Positions 1 through 8,298 of a DNA stretch of 28,203 nt are shown piece by piece. This DNA is from Actinomycetota bacterium. Its GTDB lineage: Bacteria; Actinomycetota; Acidimicrobiia; Acidimicrobiales; Ilumatobacteraceae. Both the position numbers and the translations under genes were made by a program. Under the pieces are notes generated by a model, which was not told the origin of the DNA, did no database searches, and saw nothing but the letters and a program-made list of their open reading frames with translations. How positions within the stretch are numbered: the first letter of the stretch is position 1; each line of letters starts with the position of its first letter. The DNA lies in the NCBI GenBank assembly GCA_009705435.1, contig WLTJ01000001.1, positions 1-28,203 of the forward strand, read 5' to 3'.

Positions 1-156
1 CACGCGCTACCCATTCATCGTTCTGATAACACGCCGTACCAAACCGATGCCGAACTTGGCACTCGTCTATCTGGTGGCTGTCAACGCCAAGCCAATCTTG
101 ACGCCGACTTCACATGGGACTTTGCCCAAATCGGCACACCCGTCATTGTTATCTAA
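1..156 (+). CDS. L,D-transpeptidase (YkuD-family) C-terminal fragment, 5' truncated by the window edge
   Basis: Frame 1 is open from base 1 to TAA at 154-156. It translates to HALPIHRSDNTPYQTDAELGTRLSGGCQRQANLDADFTWDFAQIGTPVIVI*, which matches the YkuD H...S(H/G)GC motif and the typical 'GTPVxV' ending. Absent from the ORF track because its start lies outside the window. Confidence 0.8.
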   Translation, partial: HALPIHRSDNTPYQTDAELGTRLSGGCQRQANLDADFTWDFAQIGTPVIVI

Positions 157-168
157 CAAATTTTTTCG

Positions 169-993
169 TCAGCGCGTGATCAATTTCGACATACTTGCTT
201 CGGCTGCTGAGAGATCATCACGCTCACTGTTGACGATTGAACTCAAGTAGCTCACCGCAACATAACCATCAGCGACCATTCCACCATCAGTATCTTGTGG
301 AAGTTCAGCAGCTTCACCCCACGCCATGCGCACGTAATAACCGCCCTCGTGACCGACCTTTGGTTCCAAAGTGGCGGTACTCATTCGGCGTGGTGGTTCA
401 TGACCGAGGCGAGCCGACTTCCAGCCTTTGATATCCGCCAAATCAGTGTTCGGCACATTGATGTTGACTACCACTGGTGTCTTCGGCATGTTGGCTACCA
501 AACCTTCAACAAATGATGCCGCTACGCTCGCTGCGGTCTCCCACTTTTGCCCGACCAACATCTCGTCCCAGCCCTGACCTTCAACACCGAAACCTGTCAC
601 GGACTGACTCACAGCGATTCCCGAAACCAGTCCATTACGGGCGGTGAGCGCAGCTCCGACGGTACCAGAGTGATACACCGAACGACCCACATTCGCCCCG
701 GGATTAATGCCTGCTACTACTAAATCAAATGGCGGGCCAAAGGCACCGAGGCGTGAGAACATCACACACAACGCTGGTGGTCCGGTGATTGCCCATGCTT
801 CATCGATCCCTTCAACATGAGCTTTGTGGACTTCTGGCTGAATGAGGTGAAGAGCACCCAAAGCTGCACCAGCGCCGGAGAATTCACGATCAGGCGCCAC
901 GATGACCACTTCACCAAAGGGGCGCATGGCGCGCGCTAGGACATGCAAACCAACTGAGTCGATACCGTCATCATTTGTCAACAAAATACGCAT
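169..993 (-). CDS. surE: 5'/3'-nucleotidase SurE
   Basis: N-terminal ILLTNDDGIDS, VAPDREFSG, GINPGANVG and SGTVGAA motifs; 274 aa. Confidence 0.95.
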   Translation of the reverse strand: MRILLTNDDGIDSVGLHVLARAMRPFGEVVIVAPDREFSGAGAALGALHLIQPEVHKAHVEGIDEAWAITGPPALCVMFSRLGAFGPPFDLVVAGINPGANVGRSVYHSGTVGAALTARNGLVSGIAVSQSVTGFGVEGQGWDEMLVGQKWETAASVAASFVEGLVANMPKTPVVVNINVPNTDLADIKGWKSARLGHEPPRRMSTATLEPKVGHEGGYYVRMAWGEAAELPQDTDGGMVADGYVAVSYLSSIVNSERDDLSAAEASMSKLITR

Positions 994-1050
994 AGGTACA
1001 TCGTTGCCGATGGACGCGAGCTCTCCAGCATCCTGGAAGTGACGCTGTGC

Positions 1051-1845
1051 TTAACGTCCAGTGAAATGTGGCGGTCGTCGCTCCAAGAACGAAGCCACTC
1101 CCTCACGATGATCTTCGCTCTTGAAACTCGCCGACATCGCTGCAGTGTGTCGCTCCATATGCTCGGGGACTGAGGCTGTCAAAGCGTCGTAGGTCAAGTT
1201 TTTAATCAGTTTCAAACTGTGAGGAGAACCCGCAGCGATTTTCGCGGCCACTTCATAGGCTCGTGGCAAAAGCGCATCTGGCTCCACAACTTCAAGTACA
1301 TAACCGAGGCTGAGAGCCTCATTCGCGAGAACCATGTCGCCGGTGTATGTCAGTCGCAACGCATTTTGCAGACCAACAATCCGCGGTAGAAGCCACGTTC
1401 CTGCTCCCGTGTCAGGAACCAAACCACGGTGCACAAAGTTCCAAGAAAAACGTGCATTCGTGGATGCCAGACGAATATCACACTGAGACGTGAATTCGGC
1501 ACCCATGCCCATCGCTGGTCCGTCAATGGCACAGATCGTTGGCTTTGGGCATTGCACAATTGGCCACCATTTCTCCGTTTCTTCGGCACTACCGCGCAGT
1601 CCACGTTGCGCACCTGGAATCGTTGCTAGGTCGGCGAGATCGGTTCCCGCACAAAATGACCCAGCGACTCCAGTGATCACCAAGACAGATACGTCGTCAT
1701 CCGATCCAGCATGCTCAACTGTGGCAATGAAGTCAGCCAACATTGCAAATGTCATGGCATTCTTTTTTGCTGGACGATCAATAGTGATCGTCCCGATGTG
1801 ATTTTCAGAGGTGTAGTGAATGAATTCGTCCATCATCCATCTCAC
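1051..1845 (-). CDS. Enoyl-CoA hydratase/isomerase (crotonase) family protein with a PaaG-like PD motif
   Basis: FCAGTDL oxyanion loop, AMGMGAEF, RGLVPDTG and C-terminal FLERR. The GTG start overlaps the upstream TGA (GTGA). In-frame ATG at 1836 is an alternative start. Confidence 0.92.
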   Translation of the reverse strand: MRWMMDEFIHYTSENHIGTITIDRPAKKNAMTFAMLADFIATVEHAGSDDDVSVLVITGVAGSFCAGTDLADLATIPGAQRGLRGSAEETEKWWPIVQCPKPTICAIDGPAMGMGAEFTSQCDIRLASTNARFSWNFVHRGLVPDTGAGTWLLPRIVGLQNALRLTYTGDMVLANEALSLGYVLEVVEPDALLPRAYEVAAKIAAGSPHSLKLIKNLTYDALTASVPEHMERHTAAMSASFKSEDHREGVASFLERRPPHFTGR

Positions 1846-3776
1846 TTTCTGACAAGGGTGTAATCATCCGCACGCGGCTCACGGGTTTGTTCCCAAAATT
1901 CTAGAACACTGAATGGCCAGTTCTGTGCAGTGCGCCCATGAGCATTCTTATACCAACTACTCACCGAGGAAAATCCCCATGTGCGCAACTTGTTGGCGGC
2001 ATCAATACGTTCGTTGTACTCGTCGTGTACATCTTGACGCGGATCAAGTGAACCATTCTTCGTTTCTAGCAACAGTCGCACACATTCGACGAGGTAATAC
2101 ACCTCGCACTCGCTGAAATAAATAATCGATCCATTGGCCACGATGTTTGTGTTCGGACCGTAGAGACAAAAGAAATTCGGGAAGTTTGGAATGACAACTC
2201 CGAGGTATGCCCGAGCATTACCTGCCCACTGCTCGTGGAGATCGGTGCCATTAATACCCGTCACTTTCATCGGCGTCAAAAATTGGCTGGCCTTAAAACC
2301 AGTGCCGTAAATAATCACATCAACATCGAAGAATTGTCCATCCGCTGTGCGAATTCCACCTGCTTCAATGGACTCAATTGACTCAGTCACCAAATGCACA
2401 TGAGGCTGACGCAAGGTCAGAGCGAACGAACCATCATCAACAATGAATCGCTTCGATAGCGGTGGATAATTGGGAGTGAGTTGACGCCGCAGTGTCTCAT
2501 CCCCTTCAGTGAGCGCATTCGTCCATTCCATCAACATCTGGCGCATCATCTCATTCATCAGACCCACGGCTTTTTCTGTGGGCGGATATTCGGGGTCAAC
2601 TGTGGCTGCGGGCAACATTCCTTCGGCCATACGCCAAAACATTGAGAAGCGATACCACTCGGCATAAAACGGAACATGAGCCAACATCCAGTTGAATCCG
2701 TTGGGTACCTCCTCGTGATATCGCGGTGCTGGAATCATCCACGGAGTCGTGCGCTGGAAAACAAAAAGTTCCCCAGCCTCTTTAGCGACTTGTGGAATAA
2801 ATTGGCAAGCACTTGCGCCCGTGCCAATGACTGCGACTCTCTTACCTGTGAGCTTGATGCTTTGATCCCATTGCGCAGAATGGAAAGCATCACCAGCGTA
2901 AGATTCGCGCCCAGCGATGTCGGGATAATTCGGACGATTCAGTTGTCCGACAGCAGACACCAAAATATTCGCCCGATCCATCTGTCGCCGACCCGCGTCG
3001 TCAATGGATGTCACGACCCATTGCTGAGTCAATTCTTCCCACACCGCAGACTCAACTTCGGTATTGAACTTGATGATCGGAAGCAGGTCAAATTGCTCAG
3101 CGCAGTCGCGAAAATATTGGTGCAGTACCTGCTGCGGACTAAAAAAGTATGGCCAGTCATGACGCTGGGCGAAACTGTAGCTATACATGTGATTTTGAAT
3201 ATCCACGCGACAGCCTGGGTATTTGTTTTCTAGCCAGGTGCCGCCGACATCTTCGTTCTTTTCCAAAACCGTGACAGAGATACCCGCTTGACGCAGACGA
3301 TGAGCCGCGGCGATACCTGACATGCCCGCCCCAATGACGATGGCATTGAACTCACGCTCAGCGTCAATCGAATCCTTAGTCCACTGCGGGGCACGCAACT
3401 GATCGCCGTCGATAGCGAGTTCTTCAAGCAGCAATGGCACATAGCGTTCACTCACTGGTTCGGCAGCGATGAACTGCATGATGGCGCGCAGATCGTCGGG
3501 CGAAGGACGCACCGGAATCTGTTGCTGCTCATCGCGAAACTTTCGTAGACCGCGCAAAATGATCTCACGAGCGAGAGTTTGTTGTTCCTCGTCGTAGCCG
3601 CTCTGTGGATCACGGAGTTTCAGTAAATCAGGAATCAAACGCGGGTCAAGAAGCGACAAATCACCGGTCAGATGGGCCACTGTGCTCACCAAGGCAAGCA
3701 ACTCTGCCTCCGATAGATGTTTGACGATCTCGGCATCACTTTCGGGCAAAGGCGTGATCTGTGTATTCGTCCCCAT
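1842..3776 (-). CDS. Type I Baeyer-Villiger / flavin-containing monooxygenase, 4-hydroxyacetophenone monooxygenase-like
   Basis: Two Rossmann motifs (GAGMSG, GTGASA), BVMO fingerprints GGTWLENKYPGCRVD and YAGDAFHSAQWD, and a KR motif (PPLSKR). It also has a ~140-aa N-terminal extension and 644-aa length, as in HAPMO-type enzymes. Confidence 0.9.
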   Translation of the reverse strand: MGTNTQITPLPESDAEIVKHLSEAELLALVSTVAHLTGDLSLLDPRLIPDLLKLRDPQSGYDEEQQTLAREIILRGLRKFRDEQQQIPVRPSPDDLRAIMQFIAAEPVSERYVPLLLEELAIDGDQLRAPQWTKDSIDAEREFNAIVIGAGMSGIAAAHRLRQAGISVTVLEKNEDVGGTWLENKYPGCRVDIQNHMYSYSFAQRHDWPYFFSPQQVLHQYFRDCAEQFDLLPIIKFNTEVESAVWEELTQQWVVTSIDDAGRRQMDRANILVSAVGQLNRPNYPDIAGRESYAGDAFHSAQWDQSIKLTGKRVAVIGTGASACQFIPQVAKEAGELFVFQRTTPWMIPAPRYHEEVPNGFNWMLAHVPFYAEWYRFSMFWRMAEGMLPAATVDPEYPPTEKAVGLMNEMMRQMLMEWTNALTEGDETLRRQLTPNYPPLSKRFIVDDGSFALTLRQPHVHLVTESIESIEAGGIRTADGQFFDVDVIIYGTGFKASQFLTPMKVTGINGTDLHEQWAGNARAYLGVVIPNFPNFFCLYGPNTNIVANGSIIYFSECEVYYLVECVRLLLETKNGSLDPRQDVHDEYNERIDAANKLRTWGFSSVSSWYKNAHGRTAQNWPFSVLEFWEQTREPRADDYTLVRK

Positions 3777-3782
3777 GTTCAG

Positions 3783-3788
3783 AGCGTA
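3783..3788 (-). promoter_or_regulatory. -10 element (TACGCT) of a probable leaderless BVMO-crotonase transcript
   Basis: Minus strand reads TACGCT-CTGAAC-ATG: a TANNNT hexamer 6 nt before the start, with no SD. Confidence 0.6.
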
Positions 3789-3833
3789 TTCGCCTCTCGC
3801 TAAGGGTCTCTCAGCGGGGGCAAGTAAAACGCC

Positions 3834-4250
3834 TCAAACTTCGAGTTGAAAGGAGGCGAGAAGTTCAAGAACGAGATCATTGATCCGATCACGGATTGGG
3901 CGGACTGCGTCAACGCCTTGACCGGCCGGGTCATCAAGCTTCCAGTCCAGGTATGTCTTGCCGGGATAAAACGGGCAACTGTCACCGCAGCCCATGGTGA
4001 TCACGACATCACTTACTTGTACCGCTTCATCAGTCAACTTTTTGGGAGATGCCCCATTGGCATGAAGATCAATGCCAAGTTCAGCCATCGCCTCCACAAC
4101 CGCACTGTTAATGGAATCAGCGGGGGCCGTGCCAGCAGAGCGGACAAGAACCGAGTCCCCTGCGTGATGTTGCAAAAGTGCCGCCGCCATCTGTGAGCGA
4201 CCGGCATTGTGGACGCAGACGAAGAGAACTTCAGGTCGGGACTGAGTCAT
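3834..4250 (-). CDS. arsC: Arsenate reductase ArsC, LMW-PTPase fold (thioredoxin-coupled type)
   Basis: P-loop VCVHNAGRSQM (CX5R), resolving Cys pair in ITMGCGDSCP, and WKLDDPAG. Confidence 0.92.
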   Translation of the reverse strand: MTQSRPEVLFVCVHNAGRSQMAAALLQHHAGDSVLVRSAGTAPADSINSAVVEAMAELGIDLHANGASPKKLTDEAVQVSDVVITMGCGDSCPFYPGKTYLDWKLDDPAGQGVDAVRPIRDRINDLVLELLASFQLEV

Positions 4251-4252
4251 TG

Positions 4253-4948
4253 TTATTTGGCTTCTTCGTCACGAGCAACGGGATAGAGGACTTTTACCAA
4301 GACATATGCCAATAGACCTCCAATAATCTGAGCAATCAAGAATCCCGGAATGGAGGATGGTTTGATGCCAGCGAAGGAGTCTGACAACGAACGGGCGAAG
4401 TCAACGGCAGGATTGGCAAAACTTGTTGATGAAGTGAACCAATAGGCGCCACCAATCCAGACACCCACGGCATAGGGAACTGCCGAAGCACGACCACTAC
4501 GAACGATGCAAAAAATAATTAGGACCAAACCGATCGTGGCGATTACCTCAGAAAACCACAGTGCTCCCGATGAGCGGTCTTTGGTCGAGAGATTGACGAC
4601 ATCCAATTCAAACATCACGTTGGCAATCATCGCCCCGATGCATCCGCCAGCAATTTGTACGAGTGAATAGAGAATCGTGTCGCGTGTTGACAAACCGCCG
4701 AATAAACGCGTGACCATTGAGATGACTGGGTTGAAATGGGCTCCAGAAACTGGCCCAAGAGCCAAGATCAAGGCGATCAGGGCGCCAGTGGTGGCAGCGG
4801 CATTTTCTAGCAGTTGCAGACCCACATCATCGGGCGAGAGCCGCTGGGCCATGATGCCCGATCCGACGACCGTGGCCACCAATAAGGCCGTACCCACTGC
4901 TTCGGCCGTTAGTCGAGCGATGAGTGTGGGCTGGGGGGTCTGTGTCAC
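4253..4948 (-). CDS. MIP/aquaporin-family channel, AqpS-like (arsenite-conducting aquaglyceroporin)
   Basis: Six hydrophobic segments with HFNPV and FANPAV loops. The gene ends 2 nt before arsC starts. Confidence 0.88.
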   Translation of the reverse strand: MTQTPQPTLIARLTAEAVGTALLVATVVGSGIMAQRLSPDDVGLQLLENAAATTGALIALILALGPVSGAHFNPVISMVTRLFGGLSTRDTILYSLVQIAGGCIGAMIANVMFELDVVNLSTKDRSSGALWFSEVIATIGLVLIIFCIVRSGRASAVPYAVGVWIGGAYWFTSSTSFANPAVDFARSLSDSFAGIKPSSIPGFLIAQIIGGLLAYVLVKVLYPVARDEEAK

Positions 4949-4954
4949 TCGGCA

Positions 4955-4978
4955 AGTATGCCAAAAATCCTGACGTAC
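4955..4978 (-). promoter_or_regulatory. -10 (CATACT, 4960-4955) of the aquaporin-arsC operon, overlapped by an imperfect inverted repeat (candidate operator)
   Basis: Minus strand CATACT-TGCCGA-GTG. Plus strand GTATGCCA-aaaatcc-TGACGTAC has arms matching at 6 of 8 positions. Confidence 0.45.
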
Positions 4979-5069
4979 CTACGGTTTATTGAGCAGGAGT
5001 AAGTGAACGAAGGGTTAAAACGGGACTAACAGTTGTATCTCCCGCGTGCGTATCTGAGAGACTGAGACC

Positions 5070-5981
5070 GTGAGCGATTCAAAAGTCTCTGATATTTTCG
5101 ATCCAACAGCATGGCGCCAAGTACCAGACTTTGATTTCACCGATATCACCTATCACCGCTCGGTTGAGCACGGCACGGTACGCGTCGCTTTCAACCGCCC
5201 AGAGATCCGCAATGCATTTCGCCCACACACCGTGGACGAACTCTTTTCTGCTCTCGAGCATGCCCGCCAGAGCACCGATGTCGGGTGCATTTTGCTGACA
5301 GGCAATGGGCCCTCAGCAAAAGATGGCGGATGGGCTTTTTGCAGCGGAGGTGACCAACGAATTCGCGGGCGCGACGGATACCGCTACGCCGACGGTGAAA
5401 CTGCTGAAAGTATCAATCCAGCCAAGAGTGGGCGCCTGCACATTTTGGAGGTTCAGCGACTCATTCGCTTCATGCCCAAGATTGTGATTTGCGTCGTACC
5501 AGGTTGGGCAGCAGGTGGCGGACACAGTCTGCATGTTGTCAGTGATCTTACATTGGCTAGTCAAGAACATGCGCGGTTTAAGCAGACTGACGCTGATGTG
5601 GCAAGTTTCGATGGTGGTTTTGGTTCGGCGTATCTAGCGCGGCAAGTGGGGCAAAAGTTTGCTCGTGAGATTTTCTTCTTGGGGCGTGAGTACAGCGCTG
5701 ATGAGGCCCACCGAATGGGCATGGTCAATGCGGTGGTCCCCCATCGCGAACTTGAGGCCACAGCGTTGCAGTGGGCCAAGGAAATCAACGCCAAGAGTCC
5801 AATGGCGCAACGAATGCTCAAGTTTTCCTTCAACATGATTGATGATGGTCTCGTTGGACAACAGATTTTCGCTGGAGAAGCAACACGTCTGGCATACATG
5901 ACCGATGAGGCTCAAGAAGGGCGAGAGTCTTTCTTGGAAAAGCGGGATCCCGATTGGGCGCCTTACCCGTGGTATTACTGA
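5070..5981 (+). CDS. menB: 1,4-dihydroxy-2-naphthoyl-CoA synthase
   Basis: FCSGGDQ, AGGGHSLHVV, FKQTDADVASFDGG and GQKFAREIFF motifs, closely resembling actinobacterial MenB. Confidence 0.97.
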   Translation: MSDSKVSDIFDPTAWRQVPDFDFTDITYHRSVEHGTVRVAFNRPEIRNAFRPHTVDELFSALEHARQSTDVGCILLTGNGPSAKDGGWAFCSGGDQRIRGRDGYRYADGETAESINPAKSGRLHILEVQRLIRFMPKIVICVVPGWAAGGGHSLHVVSDLTLASQEHARFKQTDADVASFDGGFGSAYLARQVGQKFAREIFFLGREYSADEAHRMGMVNAVVPHRELEATALQWAKEINAKSPMAQRMLKFSFNMIDDGLVGQQIFAGEATRLAYMTDEAQEGRESFLEKRDPDWAPYPWYY

Positions 5982-6006
5982 TCACCTCGCGCTCTGCGGT
6001 TACACG

Positions 6007-6864
6007 ATGACACGCCAACTTATTTTTGTTGACGACCCTGAGGATCCACGACTGAGTCGCTTTCGCTTACGAGAGAGAGAACTTCGTCCACGCCATATCC
6101 CATCTCGAGTTTTCAAAAGTATGCAAATGGGTGAGGTTGAGAAAATTACCCTCGGGATGTTCGTAGCTGAAGGCGACTTAGTTGTTGAGCGCGCATTGGC
6201 GGCAGGATGCGTGATGGTTGAGGCACTCACCGATGCCACTACTCCGACGGCCGTCGTTGAGAACATTGATCCAGCAGTGCCGGTGTACGCGGCAACTCCT
6301 GAAGTGCGCAAGACATTAACCGGACTCGGTGTAGCACTTGACATCATTGCCTTATTTGAGCGTCCCGCGCCACTCACACTTGATGAGTTATTGTCAACGG
6401 CGCATCATGTGCTGGTCGTTGAAGATGTCGACAACCCAACCAACATCGGAGCGATCGTACGCAGCGCTGCGGCATTCGGTGTGGACGGATTGATTCTCGA
6501 TCGCAACAGCGCCGATCCCCTGGCACGACGCGCTTTACGAGTATCAATGGGCACGGCGTTTACTATGCGCTATTGCCGTGTTGATGATGCTTCAAGTGTG
6601 CTCACGCAGTTGCGCAATGCAGGATGCGTGGTATGCGGTTTGACACCACGTGCCGATGCTATTGATATTCGTGAGATCGGCAATCAATTGCCAAACGATG
6701 CACGGGTAGCGATTGTCCTTGGATCGGAGAGGACAGGGCTCTCCGATGCCGCTCTTGACGCGGTGAGCCACATGGTACGTATTCCGATGGCGCCCGAGAT
6801 TGATTCATTAAATGTTGCAGCAGCCGCAGCTGTGGCCTGCCATGCTCTCATCCGTCGCTATTAA
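6007..6864 (+). CDS. SpoU/TrmH-family RNA methyltransferase
   Basis: SPOUT motifs EDVDNPTNIGAIVRSA, LGSERTGL and IPMAPEIDSLNVAAA. The start is moved from 5905 to ATG 6007 to remove a 77-nt overlap with menB. Confidence 0.9.
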   Translation: MTRQLIFVDDPEDPRLSRFRLRERELRPRHIPSRVFKSMQMGEVEKITLGMFVAEGDLVVERALAAGCVMVEALTDATTPTAVVENIDPAVPVYAATPEVRKTLTGLGVALDIIALFERPAPLTLDELLSTAHHVLVVEDVDNPTNIGAIVRSAAAFGVDGLILDRNSADPLARRALRVSMGTAFTMRYCRVDDASSVLTQLRNAGCVVCGLTPRADAIDIREIGNQLPNDARVAIVLGSERTGLSDAALDAVSHMVRIPMAPEIDSLNVAAAAAVACHALIRRY

Positions 6865-6931
6865 GGACGTCAGCCAGGACTGTTTTGCCTCACGTGCGCT
6901 TCTATGGGTCGCAAATGCTCGCGTTTCACGG

Positions 6932-6937
6932 CAAACT
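6932..6937 (+). promoter_or_regulatory. -10 element (CAAACT) of probable leaderless purU
   Basis: CAAACT-TAAAGA-GTG, 6-nt spacer, no SD. Confidence 0.45.
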
Positions 6938-6943
6938 TAAAGA

Positions 6944-7798
6944 GTGACCGCGACAGCCGTACTCCTCCTTTCGTGCCCCGACCAGCGTGGAGTGGTCGCT
7001 GCGGTGGCCGATTTCATCGCTGTCAACGGCGGAAACATCGTCCATGCTGAGCAACACACCGATGATGTTGAGCAAGTGTTCTTCCAACGTGTCGAATTTG
7101 AACTTGACGGCTTTTCTCTTGCGCGAGAAGAAATTCTTCCAGCCTTCGCCCAGATTTCTTCGAAGTTCGCAATGCACGCTGATCTTCGTTTCACCGACCA
7201 TAAACCACGAGTAGCAATTCTGGCCAGCAAACAATCGCACTGCTTGTTTGATCTCCTCAGTCGTTGGCATTCAGGCGAACTCCCTGCAGAGATTGTGGCC
7301 GTGATCAACAATCACCCGGATCATGCCAGTTTGGTCGAACACATGGGTGTCCCCTATTTACATCTCCCGGTGACACCAGAAACGAAAACCACGCAAGAGC
7401 AAGCAGTGTTACACGCACTCAATGAGCAGCAAGTAGATCTCGTTGTCCTAGCGCGCTATATGCAGATCCTCTCACCGGCATTAGTCAACGCCTATCAATC
7501 ACGGATCATCAATATTCATCACTCTTTCTTGCCCGCCTTCATCGGAGCTAATCCGTATCGTCAAGCCCACGATCGCGGTGTCAAGATCATCGGCGCTACT
7601 GCGCACTATGTCACCGAAGAACTAGATGAGGGTCCGATCCTCGATCAAGAGGTATCTCGCGTGACACACCGCGACTCAGTCGCCGATCTCACACGTAAGG
7701 GTCGCGATTTGGAAACGATTGTTCTCGCTCGCGCAGTGCGTGCCCATCTTGAACATCGCGTCTTGGTCTACGGACGTAAGACTGTTGTTTTTAGTTAG
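6944..7798 (+). CDS. purU: Formyltetrahydrofolate deformylase
   Basis: N-terminal ACT domain (SCPDQRGVVAAV), LARYMQIL, INIHHSFLPAF and GATAHYVTEELDEGPI. Confidence 0.97.
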   Translation: MTATAVLLLSCPDQRGVVAAVADFIAVNGGNIVHAEQHTDDVEQVFFQRVEFELDGFSLAREEILPAFAQISSKFAMHADLRFTDHKPRVAILASKQSHCLFDLLSRWHSGELPAEIVAVINNHPDHASLVEHMGVPYLHLPVTPETKTTQEQAVLHALNEQQVDLVVLARYMQILSPALVNAYQSRIINIHHSFLPAFIGANPYRQAHDRGVKIIGATAHYVTEELDEGPILDQEVSRVTHRDSVADLTRKGRDLETIVLARAVRAHLEHRVLVYGRKTVVFS

Positions 7799-8210
7799 GT
7801 CGAGACGAACTAATCGGCAGGCCTGTGTCATTGCGTAAATGTTCGGCAGCAGGCACAAAATAAGCAGTTAGCTCTGCTCGTATCGTGGCGTCCGTTGTCG
7901 TGGCTTCAATAGCTGCCGCCATATGCACCAACCAGCGATCACGTTCTAGTGGTCCAATATGAAAGGGCATATGCCGTAAGCGCAATTTCGGATGCCCACG
8001 TTCTTGATTGTAGGTATCAGGACCTCCCCAATATTGTCCCAAGAACAACGCCAGACGATGCTTGGCTCCCACGAGGTCGCTTTGGTCGGGATATAGCGAC
8101 CACAAGACTTCATCACGAACCACCCCCTCGTAGAAGTGGTCAACAAGCGAGACGAAGAACTCCATCCCGCCAACTCGTTCAAACAACGTTGTCTCATCCG
8201 TATTGCTCAC
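7791..8210 (-). CDS. glbO: Group II truncated hemoglobin (trHbO)
   Basis: FERVGG, HFY (Tyr B10), LYP (Tyr CD1), YWGGP, HPKLRLRH (proximal His F8) and RWL (Trp G8). Confidence 0.92.
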   Translation of the reverse strand: MSNTDETTLFERVGGMEFFVSLVDHFYEGVVRDEVLWSLYPDQSDLVGAKHRLALFLGQYWGGPDTYNQERGHPKLRLRHMPFHIGPLERDRWLVHMAAAIEATTTDATIRAELTAYFVPAAEHLRNDTGLPISSSRPN

Positions 8211-8216
8211 ACTGTC

Positions 8217-8222
8217 AGCCTA
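8217..8222 (-). promoter_or_regulatory. -10 element (TAGGCT) of leaderless globin
   Basis: TAGGCT-GACAGT-GTG, 6-nt spacer. Confidence 0.65.
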
Positions 8223-8298
8223 CGAAGCGATTCCCGTGAGCGGAAAGTTTGTTGGGGAATATGACTCCCATATCTACGGTGATATCGCACCCAATGCA

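Noticed and set aside
2676-3233. 185-aa plus-strand ORF, and the other long antisense ORFs (e.g. 17165-17677, 9148-9615)
   Set aside because: They lie wholly antisense to well-supported genes, have no family motifs, and are expected in GC-rich coding DNA.
6865-6943. ZTP (pfl) riboswitch before purU
   Set aside because: No consensus elements are present, the gap is too short, and a -10 box sits 6 nt before the start codon.
7791-7798. Convergent 3' overlaps (purU/globin 8 bp; HAD/comF and ftsH/thioredoxin 4 bp)
   Set aside because: Ordinary for compact genomes; no evidence of antisense regulation.
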